Shown here: positions 56,935 to 64,000 of the stretch, piece by piece
How the letters are laid out: every line of letters starts with the position of its first letter
Numbering within the stretch: position 1 is the first letter of the stretch
DNA from: an uncultured virus (IMG/VR IMGVR_UViG_3300017758_004847)
Lineage: Duplodnaviria > Heunggongvirae > Uroviricota > Caudoviricetes
Virus record (IMG/VR): IMGVR_UViG_3300017758_004847
Direction: 5' to 3' (one strand)
Length of the DNA: 64,000 nt
Made by a program: the position numbers and the translations under genes
The notes under the pieces: generated by a model
The model's database searches: none
Told to the model about the DNA's origin: nothing
Seen by the model: only the letters and a program-made list of their open reading frames with translations

Positions 56935-58599
56935 TTATTTTTTAAAAATTAAAAAGTTATGTAACACCAAAATGTCAATGTCAGTCTGATCAAATGTTTT
57001 TAAAGCATCTTCAGGTGTCAACACCATTGTCTTATCTTTTATATTAAATGAAGTATTCAATAGTATTGGATAAGAAGTGATTTTTTCAAACTCAACTAAG
57101 AGTTTGTGTATTGTGTTTTTATTGTCTACCGATTGGACTCTCGAAGTTCCATCAACATGAACAACTGCAGGTAAACTCATTCGGTGCATTTCATTTACTT
57201 TAACCACTTGATTCATATATGGAACATCATCTATAACATCAAAAAATTCTTTTTGTCTCTCTTTGGTGACCATCGGAGCAAAAGGTCTAAAACCTTCTCT
57301 TCTTTTGACCATCTTATTAATCCTATCCTTCATTTTTGGATTTCTCGGATCTGCTAATATTGACCTGTGTCCAAGTGCTCTCGCACCAAACTCAATTTGA
57401 TGTCTATACCAACCAATGACTTTACCTTTTTTTATTTCATTTGCAACTATTCTATAAATGTTATTTTCATTCACATAGAGGAAGTTACGTTTAGTTAAGT
57501 GTCTTTTAAATTTAATATTAACATTATAGGAAGGACCCAAAAATGGTGTGTTAGGTATAGTGACTTTGGAACCTATATTTGTATAGTAGTTTACTACTGA
57601 CCCAATGGATGATCCCGCATCTGAAGGTGCTGGTGGCACCCATACACTTTTAAATTTAGTCTTAGTATATACCTTTCCGTTTGCTAGTCCATTGTATGCA
57701 CATCCACCACCCAAACATAGATTATGGGTTTTATATTTTTTTTGAGTGTAGTTTAGTAATTGAAATAACACCTCCTCAAATACTAACTGTACCCCATAAG
57801 CAAGATCCTTATGTTTTTTTGTTATCCTTTCTTCAGGTAATCGAGGTAATAGATTAAGATACTCTGATAATTTATAGTTAAACATAACTTTACCATTACT
57901 ATCCCAAGTAAAATAATTCATGTCACAATCTATCTTACCATTAACAAAAGTAATTAATTTCCTTAGATCCTTTACGATTGGTGTCGTCTTCCCATATGAA
58001 CTCAAACCCATAACTTTATATTCACCCTCATTTGGTCTAAAACCTAAAAAGGATGTCATCGCAGAATAAAATAATCCCATAGAGTGTGGGTATGATGATA
58101 CTGTTTCAACATCTAACTTTTTACCATTATAATAGGATATTGTTGTTGTGTCGTACTCACCAACACCATCAATGGACACCACTGCCGATTCTTTGTATGG
58201 TGAACTGAAAGATGAATAGTATAAATGTGAATGGTGATGTTTAGAGTAAAATATATTATCTGATAATTTAGGTAATAGTCTTTTAAGTTCTCTCTTATTT
58301 TTAAGGAAGTTGAGGTAGTTTCTTAGAGAATATAATGGTTTTTTAAAAAATAGTTTTTTTGAATATTCGACTACTCTTTCCTTCTTAAGTGAAGGATCCT
58401 CATAGAAACATACCACCTCAACGTTCTCCTTATTTAATTTGTAAGTATCTTTTATATAATTTAAGGTTTCTTTAGGAAAACTACTATCATGTTTAATACC
58501 CGTGAACTTTTCTTCCTCACAAGCAAAGATTAATTTTCGGTCTTTAAACAGTGCGACCGAAGAGTCATGATAATAACAAGATATTCCTATTGAAAACAT
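56935..58599 (-). CDS. O-carbamoyltransferase (NodU/CmcH family)
   Basis: YHDS, EEE.F...KH, HH.SH, DGVGE, EGEYKVMGL, EFGARALG.RS, FRPFAP, HVDG..RVQ, LNTSFN. Confidence 0.95.
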   Translation of the reverse strand: MFSIGISCYYHDSSVALFKDRKLIFACEEEKFTGIKHDSSFPKETLNYIKDTYKLNKENVEVVCFYEDPSLKKERVVEYSKKLFFKKPLYSLRNYLNFLKNKRELKRLLPKLSDNIFYSKHHHSHLYYSSFSSPYKESAVVSIDGVGEYDTTTISYYNGKKLDVETVSSYPHSMGLFYSAMTSFLGFRPNEGEYKVMGLSSYGKTTPIVKDLRKLITFVNGKIDCDMNYFTWDSNGKVMFNYKLSEYLNLLPRLPEERITKKHKDLAYGVQLVFEEVLFQLLNYTQKKYKTHNLCLGGGCAYNGLANGKVYTKTKFKSVWVPPAPSDAGSSIGSVVNYYTNIGSKVTIPNTPFLGPSYNVNIKFKRHLTKRNFLYVNENNIYRIVANEIKKGKVIGWYRHQIEFGARALGHRSILADPRNPKMKDRINKMVKRREGFRPFAPMVTKERQKEFFDVIDDVPYMNQVVKVNEMHRMSLPAVVHVDGTSRVQSVDNKNTIHKLLVEFEKITSYPILLNTSFNIKDKTMVLTPEDALKTFDQTDIDILVLHNFLIFKK

Positions 58600-59763
58600 T
58601 TACTTTCTTGTATTTCCGTAATGAACGACTTTTATGTTTTTATTTGTTGTGAATGATCTCCACGGATCTAAAATCACCGAACCTTCAGGAAAATCGTAAT
58701 CGTGATCCTTACCCATGTGTGCTAATAGATAAACACCAAGTATTGGAGTTTTCAAATCAAACTGAACTGACAAACCTTGTTCTTCAATATAATGTCCTAC
58801 TAATATGGATGATGAACCGTCAACATAATTTACATTGGGTTTGTAAGCTTTACCCAATATGATTATAGGTAAATCACTCTCTTTAGATAATTCAACTAAC
58901 CTATTCGCCATATTCTTCGCTTGTACTTCTCTTGCCGACATAATAGAATCAAATAAATCATACCCTAAACCCAACTTATCTGCCATGAATCTCAGTGCAA
59001 TATTGTCTCTTGGGTGGCATCCTCCACCATCACCCATACCCGCTTTCATATACGCAGGTCCCAAAATTCTATAGGTTGACCTTTCAAGTGCACCCGTGAT
59101 AATATCAGTATTAATATTACCTGATTTTTCTGCCACGTCTTGGATCATATTAACCAAAGCTACCTTCGTTGATATGAATGTATTGTAGAATATTTTAATT
59201 CCTTCCGCCTCGTCCCATGTACCAACTTCGTATCTTGTACCATCAGTAATAAATGTTCTATAGAAGTCTAATAGAAGTTTAGCGTCCCCTGTCATAGTTC
59301 CATCTTCAGTACCTATAATAACCATCTCAGGATTTACCATGTCCCACTTAACAGTCCCCATAGCGATCAAATATGGGTTGTATATAAACCTACCATTAGG
59401 GATTAACTCAATAAACTCTCTTCTGATTGTACCAGGTAATACTGTTGATATTAAAACAACTAATTGTTCTTTAGATACGTGTTTATTTGTCTCTATTAAA
59501 ATATCTTTTACGATCTGATAATTAAAATCTTTATTGGGTAAATGTGAAGTGGGGTATCTACCATCATAATCAGGATGGTGTGGTGTTGGAACAGCGATGA
59601 ATATTAATTCACGGTCTTCACAAACCTCTTTTATTGTACTAACCATTTTAAAATTATCTGGTTTTACTTCATTGATGTCATAACCAAGTACATCGTGTTT
59701 TTCGGCCATTACCTCAGCCGCATCTTTTCCGAGTTTCCCAACCCCTATGAAACCTATTTTCAT
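58600..59763 (-). CDS. UDP-glucose/GDP-mannose dehydrogenase family
   Basis: IGVGKLG, IAVPTP, STV.PGT, AE..K...N, GGGCHPRD, AYKP. Confidence 0.9.
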   Translation of the reverse strand: MKIGFIGVGKLGKDAAEVMAEKHDVLGYDINEVKPDNFKMVSTIKEVCEDRELIFIAVPTPHHPDYDGRYPTSHLPNKDFNYQIVKDILIETNKHVSKEQLVVLISTVLPGTIRREFIELIPNGRFIYNPYLIAMGTVKWDMVNPEMVIIGTEDGTMTGDAKLLLDFYRTFITDGTRYEVGTWDEAEGIKIFYNTFISTKVALVNMIQDVAEKSGNINTDIITGALERSTYRILGPAYMKAGMGDGGGCHPRDNIALRFMADKLGLGYDLFDSIMSAREVQAKNMANRLVELSKESDLPIIILGKAYKPNVNYVDGSSSILVGHYIEEQGLSVQFDLKTPILGVYLLAHMGKDHDYDFPEGSVILDPWRSFTTNKNIKVVHYGNTRK

Positions 59764-60791
59764 ATCAGTTCTTTATTTTTATAATTTATTTTTCCTTTGT
59801 ATTTTTTTAAACCTAAACCCTTTGATATACAAGTCTCTCTAATTTTCAAGAACCATATCCAATGACCTGTTTCATTAAAGTGCCAATCATTTAGTTTGGA
59901 TAATTGTAAGTGGGAATAAGAACTATCTATTAAGTCCATTTCTTGTATTAATCTTTCTTTATCAACAACCAAGTTCACAAAACTTGGTATACGTTCAAAA
60001 AAATCCATTTCTAATGATAAAGGTAATTTTGTGTTTACATTACATAATTCACACACATATCTTTGTGCGGGTGTTTCAATAATTTTAATATTATCGTGTG
60101 TGTCGTCATTGACTGATATGAATTCATTAAAGTTTTTCCAAACCAATCCTTCAACATTATACTTACCAAGTATTTCACTTATTCTTTGGAATATTATTTT
60201 CTCATACTCCTTAAACCACGACTCAAAATCGTATGGTTTGTTTATTTTATAATCGTTGTTTTCTTGAAATAGTTCTCCTAACCCAAAATCGTCCCAATCG
60301 TTACTATGTCTTGAACATCTACCTGGTGATGTAATTTGTATTAATACAAATATCCTTTCGTAACTTTTATTATTAAGTATCCACTTTAGACCCTCATCTA
60401 AATCTTTAAGTATGTCTATGTTTGATTGACCTGCGGTTGCACATTGTAGAAAGTCAGTATCTAACCACTCACTTACTTTAGTTGAAAATATTTTGGAAAT
60501 TCTATATGATAAGTTGTCTTTATTTTCGGCACATTTAACAAATGGTTTTAAACTATCACCATACGTCCAACTTTCACCAACAACTAATGTAATGTCTTTC
60601 TTTCCTCTATCGGCGTAAATAATTTCTCCATTTTGTAGATCATCCCATTGGTGTATTTTCTCACACGAAAACACAAAATCCGATTCTTTTAAATCGGGTA
60701 TGAGTTCGGATGACTCCTGATAATAACTATTGTTTTTTCTCAGGTATCGTCTCTTACCATTATACTTACCTACAGGACCGTAGTCTGACAT
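59760..60791 (-). CDS. SGNH-like protein
   Basis: VGESWTYG, A.AGQSN, T.PGR, H.NE.GH. Confidence 0.6.
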   Translation of the reverse strand: MSDYGPVGKYNGKRRYLRKNNSYYQESSELIPDLKESDFVFSCEKIHQWDDLQNGEIIYADRGKKDITLVVGESWTYGDSLKPFVKCAENKDNLSYRISKIFSTKVSEWLDTDFLQCATAGQSNIDILKDLDEGLKWILNNKSYERIFVLIQITSPGRCSRHSNDWDDFGLGELFQENNDYKINKPYDFESWFKEYEKIIFQRISEILGKYNVEGLVWKNFNEFISVNDDTHDNIKIIETPAQRYVCELCNVNTKLPLSLEMDFFERIPSFVNLVVDKERLIQEMDLIDSSYSHLQLSKLNDWHFNETGHWIWFLKIRETCISKGLGLKKYKGKINYKNKELI

Positions 60792-60861
60792 ATACTAAAT
60801 CTTAAATAAACCATTATTACTGATAAAGTATGATTTTTTTGGGTTTAAGTAAAGTATATTT

Positions 60862-61875
60862 TCAAATAAGGTATCCGTTTATGGATTTTTCAATTACCTC
60901 GTAAATTTTATCTATTCTTCCCCATTTATTTGTAATTTGATCATAGGATGTGTCACACCAATCGGTTAGATGAGAAATATCTTTATTGTGATATTTTTTG
61001 TAGTATTGTTTTGTCTTTTCTAACATATTGGGAGCGGAAAGTAAGATAAATTTCTTATTCATCTGAACACACTTAGTTGTTTTTTCGGTAATGAAATGTC
61101 TATCGTGATTGATATCACTTTCCAACACCACAACAAACTCAACTAAATCATATGGTGTTGAATCATATCTACGTGTATGTGAAACTTTAAAATCAAAGGT
61201 GTCTACATCTAATAATTTGTTTCCTCCCATTTTCAAAATACCCTCTTTAACTCTTAACTTCTGTTCTATTGGTGAATCTGACATAAAATAATCATAGACA
61301 GTCTCATTTGTAAATGATGAAAGGGGTTCGAACCCAAAGTAGGATATATGACCATATTTATGAAGGTCATTACCAAAAATTAAACCCGTAATTGCTGTTC
61401 TAAAATCTTTTGATTTACCACCCAACATTAGAAATTTTTTTCTGTCGAGATCTTTGTGTTGAATTTTAATTGGCACGTAATAATCCTCGTATTTGACAAA
61501 AAATTGCTCGACAATCAATGTTACTCCCTTATCTCTAAGGTTATAAAATTTTTTTTCATAATTATTTGTTGGTCCGTTTGTGAGAATCGTAAGTGTTGAT
61601 AGATTGTCATGTATTTGTATTCTATCAATAAAATTTTCGGATATCAACTCTGTTGTTGAATCGTAATATATCTTTTTATTATTCTCCTTAGAATATACTA
61701 TAAGTTCAACAAAATCATTGTAGAATTTGTCATAAAGTGCATCATAATTAGTGAGTAAGATTATTTCACAATTCTCTATCGTATTAACGATATTTTTGGG
61801 TCGTAATATCGACAAGTTTTCGTCAATATAGTTGCAACTTGAATTATAGAAATATAGGGGTTCATTAATAATCAT
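60862..61875 (-). CDS. Glycosyltransferase-like hypothetical protein
   Basis: FL.L....K..R, V.ES...FITEKT.K, D.SYD. Confidence 0.55.
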   Translation of the reverse strand: MIINEPLYFYNSSCNYIDENLSILRPKNIVNTIENCEIILLTNYDALYDKFYNDFVELIVYSKENNKKIYYDSTTELISENFIDRIQIHDNLSTLTILTNGPTNNYEKKFYNLRDKGVTLIVEQFFVKYEDYYVPIKIQHKDLDRKKFLMLGGKSKDFRTAITGLIFGNDLHKYGHISYFGFEPLSSFTNETVYDYFMSDSPIEQKLRVKEGILKMGGNKLLDVDTFDFKVSHTRRYDSTPYDLVEFVVVLESDINHDRHFITEKTTKCVQMNKKFILLSAPNMLEKTKQYYKKYHNKDISHLTDWCDTSYDQITNKWGRIDKIYEVIEKSINGYLI

Positions 61876-63290
61876 ATTAAAGTCTTTGACTCTTTGTCCC
61901 CAAAATCTTCCAATTCATCTAAAAGATTGTATAATGATTCACCCTTCATTAAGATATTAAAGTTATGAATCAACGTTGGTAACATTTCTTGTGTTATTTT
62001 ATAACATTTATCCATATCCCAAGACGCTATTGTCTCCATTACCTTAATTATCTTATCCATCCTCTTGTGAAAATCAAGTTCTTCATCATAACTCTCGTCC
62101 CACCACTTGTCAAAAGTTTTAAAACCTTGTTTTCTCAAAACTTTCAATGATTGTGGGTTGCCCACCATAATAAATGGTTGTGCACAGAACATGGGTTTAT
62201 ATGTTTTCTCTGAAAAAAATACGGTTTCATGGTGTATAAGTGATTCACTCACAATATTGACAAAAGATTCTTTGTGTGCTGTTGTGTTAAAGGTGTTTGC
62301 TTTATTATTTTCAAGGTCAGGTTCATCATACCACGTATGAACACGACAATCATAATTTTCATAAAAATTAACTATGTCTTTTTTCCATTCATATACGTCG
62401 GGCACTTGTCCCTCAACCCATTGTTTGTAGAATTGTTTGTCGTCTGTGTCCGCACCACCAAGTGTTGATATGAATTTATCTTTGAATATGTCTTTACTAT
62501 TGAGTACTCCGAATAGAATCACTCTGTGTAACTTTGGGACACGATTGAAATTTAAAAAGTGGTGTGTCTTTCTTTCTGTTAATGAATGAGTAATAAATTC
62601 CTGTAATTTTTCTCTCGCCATTCTGTCGGCATTTGGGTCTGTTATGTGACCTGGATTCGTGAACCATAAATTTGATTGAAAGTATGAGTATTCTATAATC
62701 TTAAACGAATCCTTACCTATCAATCCACGTTCTTCTAATGATTTTTTTCTTTGGTCCGCAATAAAGTTAGTTGATATACCTATTAAGGAGTTTGAACTTA
62801 ACTCATACTTGTTTGATAAACGATCTAACCATATAAAATTTTTATCATCCTCACCAAAGAAACCTTCTGTTGGTTGAATAAAACATATTTTACAATTACC
62901 GTTTCTTGCGTCTTGGATTATTTTACTGGGTATGTCTATAGTTTGATATTTTTTGAATATCTCATTACTATATATAACAATGGGGTATATATAATTAACT
63001 CTAATATTTGTAATTTCATCAAGTGTATATACCTTATGTCTGTTGTAGTTGTGATCTAAAAAAACTTGTATCTGTTGACTCCTAAATAATTCAATTAGTT
63101 CCAAAAATTTAGGATCCTCACCACCTTTAATATGATACGGAAATTTTATTCCATATGTATCTTCAATAACTTTTAAGTTAGTATAATCACCAGTGTGCCA
63201 AGGATGCACATCATATTGTGCAATATTAGAGTTTGGGTATTCTCTTTTGCCGTTTCTGTAGATTAATATTTCATTGTAGACAATATTCAC
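61872..63290 (-). CDS. Glycosyltransferase-like hypothetical protein
   Basis: FLNFNR.P..HR, NIVSES, FSEKTYKP...QPFI..G, GFKTF..WWDESYD. Confidence 0.6.
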   Translation of the reverse strand: MNIVYNEILIYRNGKREYPNSNIAQYDVHPWHTGDYTNLKVIEDTYGIKFPYHIKGGEDPKFLELIELFRSQQIQVFLDHNYNRHKVYTLDEITNIRVNYIYPIVIYSNEIFKKYQTIDIPSKIIQDARNGNCKICFIQPTEGFFGEDDKNFIWLDRLSNKYELSSNSLIGISTNFIADQRKKSLEERGLIGKDSFKIIEYSYFQSNLWFTNPGHITDPNADRMAREKLQEFITHSLTERKTHHFLNFNRVPKLHRVILFGVLNSKDIFKDKFISTLGGADTDDKQFYKQWVEGQVPDVYEWKKDIVNFYENYDCRVHTWYDEPDLENNKANTFNTTAHKESFVNIVSESLIHHETVFFSEKTYKPMFCAQPFIMVGNPQSLKVLRKQGFKTFDKWWDESYDEELDFHKRMDKIIKVMETIASWDMDKCYKITQEMLPTLIHNFNILMKGESLYNLLDELEDFGDKESKTLI

Positions 63291-64000
63291 TTAGAGTTTG
63301 ATTTCCTTACAATAATTATAGAACTCTTCTAATTCAGGAAAAGTTTTAACAAAATTCGTCCCTCTCCTTTCATCGTGAGCATTGAAGAATTTATAAAAAT
63401 TATATTGGTTTCTCTTTAAAACATCGGGTTTTTGGTAAGATACCATCCAATCATATATCCTATGAAGTTTAGGTATTTCCATCATGGTATACCCATAAGT
63501 TACCCCCATGTTATTGTGTTCACCATCGTGTATTATTTCTTGTAAGGATTCTGCTAACTTACCATGTGATTTCACGGTATCTGCAAAAGATTCTGGTAAA
63601 ACCTGAACCGTTTGATGAAACGGGTGTCTTAAAAAAGAAGCGTCAAGTGAGATTGGTGTTGTCCAAGCTCTGTTGGTCGATGCATATTCTCTCTTTAAAT
63701 CATAAACACCCTTTATCAGTCTATCATATGACGGTACAGATAATGCATTATAAGTACTCATAATACCTATTGTCACACTTGGGCACTTTGTCAGAATTTT
63801 ATTCATATTGTCCCAAAACTTATTAAAGACTAAACCACTTCTTCCATACTCCGCTTGTTCTCCCCATCCTTCTACGGAAGTGTATACAACAAAAGATTTT
63901 ACTTTGTTACCATCTTCAAGTCTATTTATTTTTTCAATAAATTTATCAATTAATTTATCGGGTATACCTAAATTACTATTGATTGATAAGTTAAGTTCTC
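63291..64000 (-). CDS. Radical SAM-like protein, C-terminal part (5' end outside the window)
   Basis: Frame open to the window edge: SINSNLG...YTSVEGWGEQAEYGRSG; C-terminal D.RRGTNF..TFPE. Confidence 0.65.
   Translation of the reverse strand, partial: ELNLSINSNLGIPDKLIDKFIEKINRLEDGNKVKSFVVYTSVEGWGEQAEYGRSGLVFNKFWDNMNKILTKCPSVTIGIMSTYNALSVPSYDRLIKGVYDLKREYASTNRAWTTPISLDASFLRHPFHQTVQVLPESFADTVKSHGKLAESLQEIIHDGEHNNMGVTYGYTMMEIPKLHRIYDWMVSYQKPDVLKRNQYNFYKFFNAHDERRGTNFVKTFPELEEFYNYCKEIKL

Noticed and set aside
61324..61335. GGTTCGAACCC tRNA T-arm-like sequence
   Set aside because: Inside a long ORF, with no cloverleaf around it; I recognised no tRNA in the window
1..64000. Stop-codon reassignment, as seen in some large phages
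   Set aside because: Conserved enzymes are full length in the standard code, and TAG and TGA both end genes at sensible positions

Overview
AT-rich, gene-dense DNA with mostly minus-strand, short, abutting or overlapping ORFs in the standard genetic code. It is best explained as part of a large (jumbo-type) bacteriophage of a Bacteroidota host, probably Flavobacteriia. The evidence is a 3613-aa repetitive tail-fibre-like gene, DUF932, PcfJ-like, ThyA and HAD nucleotidase genes, repeated Bacteroidetes TTTG-N19-21-TAnnTTTG promoters, a T9SS type-B CTD protein, and Lacal_2735- and Hc1-like genes. No capsid, terminase or polymerase gene lies in the window, so phage identity is inferred. The window carries many auxiliary and modifying enzymes: MetK, NagB, RmlC, IscA, CysC, sulfotransferase, carbamoyltransferase, glycosyltransferases, 2OG oxygenases, SGNH-like proteins and a radical SAM enzyme. 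The most notable unexplained signals are: (1) a ~400-nt highly structured non-coding RNA with its own promoter, rrn-like boxB/boxA leader and terminator (6087-6490, minus strand); (2) a protein with an ATP-grasp-like N-terminus, a CBM and two tandem Hint domains bracketing a 9-residue peptide (29862-32189); (3) a shared C-terminal basic-x-hydrophobic-Ile tag on about nine modifying enzymes of several folds; (4) an iteron-like TGTATGAC cluster at the window start; (5) a TATTTAT promoter motif coupled to an N-terminal leader on probable head-packaged proteins. All family assignments are by eye from motifs; no database search was run.
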